DNA from: Coriobacteriia bacterium | GTDB taxonomy: Bacteria; Actinomycetota; Coriobacteriia; Anaerosomatales; Anaerosomataceae | Reading direction: 5' to 3' | Assembly (NCBI GenBank): GCA_041595875.1 | Contig: JBFHJN010000004.1 | Span: 7,130 to 71,129, forward strand | DNA: 64,000 bases | Part shown: positions 26,619-34,721 of the stretch, in pieces | Layout: each line of letters opens with the position of its first letter | Numbering within the stretch: position 1 is the stretch's first letter | Program-made: the position numbers and the translations under genes | Notes under the pieces: model-generated | Seen by the model: the letters and a program-made list of their open reading frames with translations, nothing else | What the model was told of the DNA's origin: nothing | The model's database searches: none

Positions 26619-27626
26619 ATGAGCGCAGGCCATGATGTGACCGTAGTGGTGGACTCCATGGGAGGCGACAAGGCCCCCGGCGTGGTCCTGGAAGGCGTGA
26701 TAGAGGCACTGGCGGCTGACACAGCGCTGCAGGTGATCCTCACCGGACCGGATGATGTGGTGACGCCCTTTGCGGCATCCCATCCACGCGTCGAGCCCGT
26801 TGTCACGTCCGAGGTAATCGAGATGGGGGAGCATCCCGCCAACGCCGTGAGGTCCAAGAAGGACTCGTCGATCGTGGTGGGTTGCCGGCTGGTCAAAGAG
26901 GGAAGAGCGCTTGCGTTCTTCTCGGCAGGCAGCACCGGCGCTTGCATGGCGGCGGCAACGCTGGTCATGGGACGCCTCCGCAACGTGTCTCGACCCGCGA
27001 TAGCCACTGTGATCCCCACCGCTGACCGTCCCTGCGTCTTGCTTGATGTGGGCGCCAATGCAGACGTCAAGCCCGAGAACCTCGTGCAGTTCGCCCTGAT
27101 GGGACGCGCGTACGCTCAAACCGTGCTCGATCGACAGGAGCCGACCGTAGGCCTGCTCAATATCGGTGAAGAGCCCGGCAAAGGCTCCATGCTCGCCCAG
27201 GCCGCCTACACGCTGCTGGACGGCAACGTCCCGGGATTCGCCGGGAACGTGGAAGGCCGCGATATCCCCGAGGGGACCGTCGACGTGGTGGTCACCGACG
27301 GCTTCACCGGGAACGTGGCGCTCAAGCTCCTCGAAGGGTTGTCCAGGACCCTTATGCAGCAGATCAAGACCGCGATGACCAGCTCAAGTCTGAACAGTCT
27401 TGCCGCTGCGGTCCTCAAGCCTTCGATGCAGAAGCTGAAAGAGCGCATCGATCCTGACACCTACGGCGGCGCGCCACTGCTGGGTGTCCGCGGCGTGTGC
27501 ATCATCGGCCACGGTAGCTCGGGATCGCGGGCCGTGTGCAACGGCATCCTTGTGAGCGCCCGCGCCGCCAGAGCGGGACTTCCGGCAGTCATCGAGCAGG
27601 CCGTCGCCGATGCGGGGGAGCGTTAG
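26619..27626 (+). CDS. plsX: phosphate acyltransferase PlsX
   Basis: VVVDSMGGDKAPGVVLEG, LLDVGANAD, DVVVTDGFTGNVALK and GAPLLGVRGVCIIGHGSS. AAGAGGAG RBS before the ATG at 26619. Confidence 0.93.
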   Translation: MSAGHDVTVVVDSMGGDKAPGVVLEGVIEALAADTALQVILTGPDDVVTPFAASHPRVEPVVTSEVIEMGEHPANAVRSKKDSSIVVGCRLVKEGRALAFFSAGSTGACMAAATLVMGRLRNVSRPAIATVIPTADRPCVLLDVGANADVKPENLVQFALMGRAYAQTVLDRQEPTVGLLNIGEEPGKGSMLAQAAYTLLDGNVPGFAGNVEGRDIPEGTVDVVVTDGFTGNVALKLLEGLSRTLMQQIKTAMTSSSLNSLAAAVLKPSMQKLKERIDPDTYGGAPLLGVRGVCIIGHGSSGSRAVCNGILVSARAARAGLPAVIEQAVADAGER

Positions 27627-27652
27627 AGCGCGCTTTCCCCCTTGGTAACGAA

Positions 27653-27667
27653 CGTGTACACTACACG
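27653..27667. promoter_or_regulatory. 15 bp inverted repeat, candidate operator upstream of fabH
   Basis: CGTGTA-CAC-TACACG is a perfect palindrome in an AT-richer island of the plsX-fabH spacer, 60 nt upstream of the fabH ATG. Confidence 0.3.
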
Positions 27668-27726
27668 GACATTCGCCCCCAACCGGCGCCCGGTAGCGCC
27701 TTGGACAAGGAGCGTATCCTCCCAAA

Positions 27727-28716
27727 ATGAAGCATGCAGCCGTCATCGGTATAGGCTCCTACCTGCCTGAGCGCCGCCTCACCAACCAAGACCTCGAAGG
27801 CATGGTGGAGACGTCCGACGAGTGGATCACCACGCGCACCGGCATCCGTGAACGTCGCCTTGCCGAGACAGACCAGGCCACCTCAGACCTTGCGACCGAA
27901 GCGGGACGCAGAGCGATGGCCGATGCGGGTATCGAGGCAGACGACCTGGATCTGCTCGTCGTAGGCACCTCGAGTCCCGACATGATCTTCCCCTCGACCG
28001 CCTGTATCACCCAGGCGAACCTCGGCCTGACGTGCCCCGCCTACGATGTCATGGCGGCCTGCACGAGCTTCATCTTCGCCCTGCAGAACGCGACTGCTGC
28101 TATCGAGAGCGGGAGGGTCAGGACCGTCCTTGTGATCGGTTCCGACGCCTTGACGCGCCATGTCGACTTCAGCGATCGCGGGACCTGCATCTTGTTCGGC
28201 GACGGCGCAGGCGCGTTCGTTCTCCAGGCATCCGACGAGCCGGGTGTTCTCGGCATCGAACTGGGTTCCGATGGAAAGGGAGGCGACGTCCTCAAGATAC
28301 CGGCCGGAGGCTCCGCGCTGCCGGCGACCGTGGAACGAGTCGAAGCCGGGCTGCACTACGTCCAGATGGCGGGCAACGAGGTGTTCAAGTTCGCGGTACG
28401 GGTGATACCCAAAGCCACCGAAGCGGCGCTTGCAGCCTCGGGCATGACGGTCTCCGACCTCACGTGGCTCGTGCCTCATCAGGCGAACCAACGCATCCTC
28501 AACACCGTCGCGGAGCGTCTTGGCGTACCCGAGGAACGTGTCGTCTCCAACATAGAGCTCACCGGCAACACGTCCGCAGCCTCGATTCCGCTTGCGGTCG
28601 ACGACCTGTATACTAACGGCAGTTTGCATCCCGGTGACGTCCTCGCCCTCGTGGGCTTTGGCGCCGGACTCACCTGGGGAGCAGCGGTCGTGCGTTGGAC
28701 CAAGGAGGTTCAGTAG
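27727..28716 (+). CDS. fabH: beta-ketoacyl-ACP synthase III
   Basis: AYDVMAACTSF (active-site Cys), VPHQANQRI and GNTSAASIPLA. Confidence 0.93.
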   Translation: MKHAAVIGIGSYLPERRLTNQDLEGMVETSDEWITTRTGIRERRLAETDQATSDLATEAGRRAMADAGIEADDLDLLVVGTSSPDMIFPSTACITQANLGLTCPAYDVMAACTSFIFALQNATAAIESGRVRTVLVIGSDALTRHVDFSDRGTCILFGDGAGAFVLQASDEPGVLGIELGSDGKGGDVLKIPAGGSALPATVERVEAGLHYVQMAGNEVFKFAVRVIPKATEAALAASGMTVSDLTWLVPHQANQRILNTVAERLGVPEERVVSNIELTGNTSAASIPLAVDDLYTNGSLHPGDVLALVGFGAGLTWGAAVVRWTKEVQ

Positions 28717-29664
28717 ATGGCCCTACGTACCAGACTCACGAGACTACTGGGCATCGAGCACCCCATCATCCAGGGTGGCATGGCCTGGACGGCCACAGCC
28801 GAGCTTGCCGCCGCCGTCAGCAACGGTGGCGGCCTGGGTATCATCGGTGCCGGCCACATGCCTACCGAGATCTTGCGTGACGAGATACGTCGCGCCAAGT
28901 CACTCACCGACAAGCCCTTCGGCGTGAACCTCATGCTGCTGACCCCGCACATCGATGAGATCGTGGAAATGGTCCTCGAAGAGGGAGTCCACGCTGTCAC
29001 CACCGGTGCGGGCAACCCTGCCAAGTACATGAAGGGGCTCAAGGAACGCGGGATCAAAGTGATCACCGTCGTTCCCTCGGTCGCACTTGCGAAGCGCATG
29101 GAGTCCATCGGCGCCGATGCCGTCATCGGCGAGGGCATGGAGGCCGGAGGCCACATCGGCGAGCTCACCACCATGGTGCTCACGCCGCAGCTTGCCGACG
29201 CGCTCACGATCCCCGTCATCGCGGCGGGCGGTATCGCTGATGGCCGTGCTCTTGTGGCCGCATTCGCTCTGGGTGCCGAGGGTGTGCAGATCGGCACGAG
29301 ATTCATGTGCGCCGATGAGTGCACGATCCACCCTGACGCCAAAGCTCGCATCATCAAAGCGAAGGACCGCGACACCGTGGTCACCGGATACTCCACCGGT
29401 CACCCTGTCAGGGTGCTCAAGAACAAACTGTCACGACAGCTCGAGGCACTCGACAGGGACAACAAGCCGGAAGAGATCGAGAAGCTGGGCAGCGGCAAGC
29501 TTGCGCTCGCTATGAAAGACGGTGATATGGACCTGGGAAGCGTCATGGCCGGACAGGTCGCAGCTATGGTCTGCAAGATCCAGCCCGCCGCAGAGATCAT
29601 CGCAGAGATCACCGATGAGGCCGAGGCCCTCATGCCCGCACTACGCGCGTCGTTCGAGGACTAG
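28717..29664 (+). CDS. fabK: enoyl-ACP reductase II (FMN-dependent, FabK)
   Basis: Near-colinear match, from memory, to streptococcal FabK: HPIIQGGMAWTA...GGLGIIGAG...DKPFGVNLMLL...AVTTGAGNPAKYM...VPSVALAKRME..GADAVIGEGMEAGGHIGELTT...IPVIAAGGIADG...GAEGVQIGTRF. Confidence 0.9.
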   Translation: MALRTRLTRLLGIEHPIIQGGMAWTATAELAAAVSNGGGLGIIGAGHMPTEILRDEIRRAKSLTDKPFGVNLMLLTPHIDEIVEMVLEEGVHAVTTGAGNPAKYMKGLKERGIKVITVVPSVALAKRMESIGADAVIGEGMEAGGHIGELTTMVLTPQLADALTIPVIAAGGIADGRALVAAFALGAEGVQIGTRFMCADECTIHPDAKARIIKAKDRDTVVTGYSTGHPVRVLKNKLSRQLEALDRDNKPEEIEKLGSGKLALAMKDGDMDLGSVMAGQVAAMVCKIQPAAEIIAEITDEAEALMPALRASFED

Positions 29665-29669
29665 ATAGC

Positions 29670-30587
29670 ATGGCGATCTCTCACGCACTGGTCTTTCCCG
29701 GACAGGGTTCTCAACGTGTCGGCATGCTCGACCGATTGCCCGGCCTGGAATCGGTGGACCGGCTGCTGGACGCGGCTGAAGCCCTGAGCGGGCTTGAGCT
29801 CAGGACCATCGCAAGCCAGGGTCCCGACGATTCGCTCGCCGATACGCGGGCTGCGCAGCCACTGCTCTACCTTACCGACTGGGCATGGGGTACCAGCCTG
29901 CTCGCCGCAGGGCTTGAGCCTTCGGCTGTGGCGGGTCACAGCCTTGGTGAGTTCGCGGCGCTCGCGGTGGCGGGAGCCTTCTCCGTTGAAGCCGGTCTTG
30001 AGCTGATCAACGAGCGCGCCCGGCTCATGAGCTCGGCTGCACAGGCTACCCCGGGGACCATGAGCGCCGTGCTCGGTCTGGACACACCCATCATCACCGA
30101 CATAGTGACCCCGATGGCGGGCGTCTGGGTGGCGAACGACAACGCCCCCGGTCAGGTCGTGATATCAGGCACACATGAAGGCATCGAGGCCGCGACGCAG
30201 GCGCTCACTGCTGCCGGGGCCCGACGCATCGTCTCCCTCCGCGTGGCGGGAGCGTTCCACTCACCGTTGATGTCTCCGGCTGCCGATGCCTTCGCGACCA
30301 TACTTGAGAACACCCACTTCTCCGACACCGCGATCCCTGTCTTGCAGAACGCAGACCCGACTCCCACGCAAGACGCGGGCCTGATCGTGCAGCGATTGCG
30401 CGACCAGATCACGGCGCCGGTCCGCTGGACCGAGACCATGCAGGCTCTGCTCGATATGAACATCGCCGCGATAGTGGAGGCCGGACCGGGTGCCGTCCTC
30501 AAAGGCCTTGCCCGTCGTGTCGAAGGGCTGAGCGCCTACTCTGTGGAGGACGGCGGACTCGAACTAGTGGTGGAGGTGGTTTTGTGA
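29670..30587 (+). CDS. fabD: malonyl-CoA:ACP transacylase
   Basis: FPGQGSQRVGM, GHSLGEFAALAVAG and GAFHSPLM. Confidence 0.93.
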   Translation: MAISHALVFPGQGSQRVGMLDRLPGLESVDRLLDAAEALSGLELRTIASQGPDDSLADTRAAQPLLYLTDWAWGTSLLAAGLEPSAVAGHSLGEFAALAVAGAFSVEAGLELINERARLMSSAAQATPGTMSAVLGLDTPIITDIVTPMAGVWVANDNAPGQVVISGTHEGIEAATQALTAAGARRIVSLRVAGAFHSPLMSPAADAFATILENTHFSDTAIPVLQNADPTPTQDAGLIVQRLRDQITAPVRWTETMQALLDMNIAAIVEAGPGAVLKGLARRVEGLSAYSVEDGGLELVVEVVL

Positions 30588-31336
30588 CGCAGAGACTCTC
30601 AGGCAAGATCGCTCTGGTGACCGGATCGTCCAGGGGCATCGGCGCACGGATAGCCCAGCGCCTCGCCGCTGAAGGCGCGGCGGTAGCCGTGAACTACGCA
30701 GGCAGCGAGGCAGCGGCCCAAGAGGTCGTGTCTTCGATCGTCGCGGCGGGTGGGGTGGCGGAGGCCTTCCAGGCAGATGTGAGCGATGCAGACAGCGTCT
30801 CTGCACTGCTGGATGCGGTCGTGGAGCGGTTCGGCCGTCTGGATATCCTGGTGAACAACGCAGGGATCACGCGGGACGGCCTGCTCGTCAGAATGAGCGA
30901 TGACGATTGGAACGACGTATTGAGCACCAACCTGTCGGGGGCGTTCTTCGCCACGCGTGCCGCTGCAAAGCTCATGATGAAGGCACGCACCGGCTGTGTG
31001 ATCAACATTTCATCGGTGGTGGGCGTTGCAGGCAATGCAGGCCAGACCAACTACGCCGCGGCCAAGGCGGGGCTTATCGGCCTTACCAAGTCCGTGGCGC
31101 GGGAGCTGGCCTCCCGCAACGTCCGCGTCAACGCCGTAGCCCCCGGGTTCATCGAGACGGACATGACCGCCGGGCTTCCTGATGCTGCACGCGAGGCGGC
31201 GCTCAGCGGCATCGCCATGAAGCGCATGGGAACCCCGGCCGACGTCGCGGCGCTCGTGGCGTTCCTTGCCAGCGACGAGGCTGCTTACATCACCGGCCAG
31301 ACCATTGCGGTCGACGGAGGAATGACATTCGCCTGA
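30584..31336 (+). CDS. fabG: 3-oxoacyl-ACP reductase
   Basis: [21 protein letters not shown], the [18 protein letters not shown] catalytic YxxxK, and [12 protein letters not shown]. The GTG overlaps the fabD stop. Confidence 0.93.
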   Translation: MTQRLSGKIALVTGSSRGIGARIAQRLAAEGAAVAVNYAGSEAAAQEVVSSIVAAGGVAEAFQADVSDADSVSALLDAVVERFGRLDILVNNAGITRDGLLVRMSDDDWNDVLSTNLSGAFFATRAAAKLMMKARTGCVINISSVVGVAGNAGQTNYAAAKAGLIGLTKSVARELASRNVRVNAVAPGFIETDMTAGLPDAAREAALSGIAMKRMGTPADVAALVAFLASDEAAYITGQTIAVDGGMTFA

Positions 31337-31391
31337 CCACGCGCACGTGCGCGTAACATCACACCGTGGCAGGAGAGAGGAGGTGTTACAC

Positions 31392-31631
31392 ATGGAGAAA
31401 GAGGAAATCTTTGACAAGGTCAAGGAGGTCATCGTCGACCAGCTCAATGCTGACGCAGACGATGTGAACCTCGAGGCGTCCTTCATTGACGACCTTGGCG
31501 CTGACTCGCTCGATATCGTCGAGCTCGTCATGGCGCTTGAGGAGTCGTTCGGCATCTCCATCCCTGACGAGGAGGCCGAGAACATCAAGACGGTCGCCGA
31601 CGCGGTTGAGTTCATCACCGCCAACGCGTAG
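31392..31631 (+). CDS. acpP: acyl carrier protein
   Basis: [18 protein letters not shown]...[21 protein letters not shown] (DSL phosphopantetheine site). GGAGAGAGGAGG RBS. Confidence 0.95.
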   Translation: MEKEEIFDKVKEVIVDQLNADADDVNLEASFIDDLGADSLDIVELVMALEESFGISIPDEEAENIKTVADAVEFITANA

Positions 31632-31648
31632 CTGACACTGGACTCATG

Positions 31649-31682
31649 GACACACCGGCCGACCACGGTCGGCCGGTGTGTC
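31649..31682 (+). terminator. strong hairpin after acpP (partial terminator or mRNA-stabilising stem)
   Basis: Perfect 15 bp stem GACACACCGGCCGAC / GTCGGCCGGTGTGTC with loop CACG, followed by ATTCTCAT (weak U tract). Confidence 0.55.
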
Positions 31683-31702
31683 ATTCTCATCCCGGAGGAC
31701 GC

Positions 31703-32665
31703 ATGGAAATGCCCACACTGACCATAGGCACGAGAACCGCCCGACTACCCATCATCCAGGGCGGCATGGCCGTGCGCATCTCCATGGGCCCACTGGCCTC
31801 TGCGGTCGCCCAGGCGGGCGGCGTCGGGCTCATCGCAGGATCGGGACTCACTCCCAAAGAACTCGCAAACGAGGTCCGCACCGCACGCGCCGCGACTGAC
31901 GGCGTGATCGGTGTGAACATCATGGTCGCGGTCAGCAACTTCAAACAGCTCGTCCATGCCGCCATAGGCGAAGGCGTGGACCTGGTGGTTGCAGGCGCAG
32001 GCTTCTCTCGCGACGTGTTCGGCTGGTGTCGCGACGCCGGCGTCGAGATAGTGCCTATCGTCGGCTCCGAGCGGGTAGCCAAGCTCTCGCAGCGTTTCGG
32101 TGCCTCGGCCGTCATCGTCGAAGGCTTCGAGGCGGGCGGCCATCTCGGCACCGATGAGATGATGCTGGACCTGCTACCGCGGATCATCGAGTCCGTGGAC
32201 ATTCCCGTCATCGGCGCAGGCGGCATAGTGACAGGAGCTGACATCAAAAAGGCGCTGGACGCCGGTGCTGCCGGCGTGCAGATGGGTTCGCGATTCGCCG
32301 CCACTGTGGAATCATCCGCGCCCGAGGCGTTCAAGCAGATGTATGTGAACGCCACTGACGACGACATCATCGTCACCAAGAGCCCCGTGGGTCTGCCCGG
32401 GCGCGCGATCAGCAATCCTCTCACCGACAGACTCGCAGCAGGCGACTACCCGCCTATCGAGCGCTGCGTCTCGTGTCTGAAGGCGTGCGGCAAGGAGTAC
32501 TGCATCATGGACAAACTCGTCCGCGCGCAGAGCGGGGATGTCACCGAGGGACTGGTCTTTGCGGGCTCCTCGGCAGCGAGGATCCACGATGTCCCCACCG
32601 TTCACGACCTGATGGAAAGGCTCGTCGCCGAATGGCGTGCCGCGAGCGAAGGAGCACTCGCATGA
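31703..32665 (+). CDS. second FabK-like / nitronate monooxygenase (NMO) family FMN oxidoreductase
   Basis: LPIIQGGMAVRISMGPLASAVAQAGGVGLIAGSG, AVIVEGFEAGGHLG, IPVIGAGGIVTG and GAAGVQMGSRF, plus a C-terminal Cys cluster CVSCLKACGKEYC. CCGGAGGA RBS before the ATG at 31703. Confidence 0.8.
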   Translation: MEMPTLTIGTRTARLPIIQGGMAVRISMGPLASAVAQAGGVGLIAGSGLTPKELANEVRTARAATDGVIGVNIMVAVSNFKQLVHAAIGEGVDLVVAGAGFSRDVFGWCRDAGVEIVPIVGSERVAKLSQRFGASAVIVEGFEAGGHLGTDEMMLDLLPRIIESVDIPVIGAGGIVTGADIKKALDAGAAGVQMGSRFAATVESSAPEAFKQMYVNATDDDIIVTKSPVGLPGRAISNPLTDRLAAGDYPPIERCVSCLKACGKEYCIMDKLVRAQSGDVTEGLVFAGSSAARIHDVPTVHDLMERLVAEWRAASEGALA

Positions 32666-33888
32666 GAAGGGTAGTCGTAACCGGTATCGGCTGTGTCTCG
32701 CCCGTGGGCATCGGGGCTGAAGCCGCATGGGAGTCGATAGAGGCAGGTCGCTCAGGGATCGGACCTATCACGTCGTTCGATGCCAGCGCCTATTCCACAC
32801 GCTTCGCGGGAACCGTCGATGACTGGGACCCGTCGCGATGGCTCGAGCCTAAAGAGGCGCGACGCATGTCACGCTTCCAGCAGTTCGCAGTGGTCGCTGC
32901 CGACGAGGCCCTGGCGGACTCCGGCCTTGTGATAGACGAGACCAACGCCGAGCGCGTGGGCGTCATCGTCGGCTCGGGCATCGGCGGTCTGTCCACGATG
33001 GAGGAGCAGGCGGCGGTGCTTGCCGAGCGCGGCCCCTCACGTGTCAGCCCTACCCTTGTCCCGATGATGATCGTCGACCTCGCAGCCGGCCAGATATCGA
33101 TCCGCACCGGCGCCCGCGGCATCAACTACGCGCCCGTCTCGGCATGTGCCACCGGCAATCACTCCATCGGCGAGGCCGGGGAGGCTATCCGTCGCGGCGC
33201 TGCCGATGTGATCTTGGCCGGCGGATTCGACTGCGGCGTGACACCGCTCGGCATGGCCGGCTTCTGCGCCGCACGGGCGCTGTCCACCAACAACGACGAC
33301 CCCGCCGGCGCATCCCGACCCTTCGATGCAGGACGCGACGGCTTCGTCATGGGGGAGGGCGGCGGCATCCTTGTGCTTGAAGAGCTGGAACACGCCACCG
33401 CGCGTGGCGCCCGCATCTACGCGGAACTGGTGGGTTACGGTGCCACTGCGGACGCACATCACATCACCGCACCCGCTCCGGACGGCAACGGCGCGCGTCG
33501 GGCGATGCTCCAGGCGCTTGAGCAGGCAGGCTACGAGCCGTCGCGGGTTGGCTACATCAACGCGCACGGGACGTCCACCCAGCTGGGTGACGCCGCCGAG
33601 ACGGGCGCGATCAAGGCCGTGTTCGGCGATGCGACGCCTCCCGTGTCCTCGACCAAGTCCATGACCGGTCACCTCCTCGGCGGAGCCGGTGCCCTTGAAG
33701 CGGTGTTCTGCGTGTTGGCCCTGGACCGCGAGACGCTACCGCCTACGATCAACCAGACCGATTCCGACCCCAAGTGCGACCTGGACTACGTGCCCAATGT
33801 CGCTCGCAAGGTCAAGGTTGACGCGGCGATGAGCAACTCGTTCGGATTCGGTGGCCACAACGCAACGCTCCTGTTCGCCCGGCTGTAG
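32662..33888 (+). CDS. fabF: beta-ketoacyl-ACP synthase II
   Basis: MRRVVVTGIGCVSPVGIG, PVSACATGNHSIGEA (active Cys), INAHGTSTQLGD and GHLLGGAGALEA. The ATG at 32662 overlaps the upstream stop (ATGA). Confidence 0.95.
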   Translation: MRRVVVTGIGCVSPVGIGAEAAWESIEAGRSGIGPITSFDASAYSTRFAGTVDDWDPSRWLEPKEARRMSRFQQFAVVAADEALADSGLVIDETNAERVGVIVGSGIGGLSTMEEQAAVLAERGPSRVSPTLVPMMIVDLAAGQISIRTGARGINYAPVSACATGNHSIGEAGEAIRRGAADVILAGGFDCGVTPLGMAGFCAARALSTNNDDPAGASRPFDAGRDGFVMGEGGGILVLEELEHATARGARIYAELVGYGATADAHHITAPAPDGNGARRAMLQALEQAGYEPSRVGYINAHGTSTQLGDAAETGAIKAVFGDATPPVSSTKSMTGHLLGGAGALEAVFCVLALDRETLPPTINQTDSDPKCDLDYVPNVARKVKVDAAMSNSFGFGGHNATLLFARL

Positions 33889-33890
33889 AC

Positions 33891-34595
33891 ATGACGATGG
33901 ATCGCGACACACGGATCAAGACCGCCGAGAGGATCCTCGGCGTGCATTTCAATGACACCGACCTGCTCATCGAGGCGCTCACGCATCCCTCGTACGCCGC
34001 GGAGAACCCCGGTGTGACCGGCTACGATCGCCTTGAGTTCCTCGGGGACTCGGTGATGGGCTTTCTGGTGGCCGACCGACTGTTCCGCGATCGACCCGGC
34101 CAAGCGGAAGGCGTGCTGACGCGCCTCAAGATCGGCGCTGTGGCGGGGGAGACCCTGTCCGTGGTCGCCGAAGGCCTTGGGCTCGGCGAGGTCATCTTGA
34201 TGGGAAAGGGAGCCGCACGCTCCGGCGGCAGGCAGCGTAGCAGCGTCCTTGAGAACTGCTTTGAGGCCGTCATCGGCGCTGTGTACATGGACCAGGGCCT
34301 TGAGACCACGCGGGAGTTCGTGATGCGCCACCTGAGTCCCTACCTCAGTGGCACGCCTGTCCCTCTGGCAGACCCGAAGTCAGCGCTGCAGGAGCTTGTG
34401 CAGACCGATGGCGCGTTGCCGCCCTCTTACCGGATCGCCTCCACCACCGGACCGCCTCATGACCGGGTCTTCGTTGCCGAAGCGGTCATCAACGGTCGCG
34501 TCGTGGGCACCGGGACCGGGGCCTCCAAGAAGGACGCCGAGAAGGCTGCCGCCACCAACGCGCTCGTCTCGCTGGCGCCCGGCCTCGACGTCTGA
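33891..34595 (+). CDS. rnc: ribonuclease III
   Basis: LTHPSYAAEN..YDRLEFLGDSV signature plus a C-terminal dsRBD (GPPHDRVFVAEAVINGRVVGTGTGASKKDAEKAAA). Confidence 0.93.
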   Translation: MTMDRDTRIKTAERILGVHFNDTDLLIEALTHPSYAAENPGVTGYDRLEFLGDSVMGFLVADRLFRDRPGQAEGVLTRLKIGAVAGETLSVVAEGLGLGEVILMGKGAARSGGRQRSSVLENCFEAVIGAVYMDQGLETTREFVMRHLSPYLSGTPVPLADPKSALQELVQTDGALPPSYRIASTTGPPHDRVFVAEAVINGRVVGTGTGASKKDAEKAAATNALVSLAPGLDV

Positions 34596-34721
34596 TATCG
34601 ATGACGGAAGACCGCCCGTTGTAGCCCGTCCTGGCGGGCATGCTGTGTTAGCATAGTTCGGGTCGTTTCCCGCGCATACATGCGTCGGCCGCACCGCACG
34701 CCACCAGCAGAAAGGTCTGCG

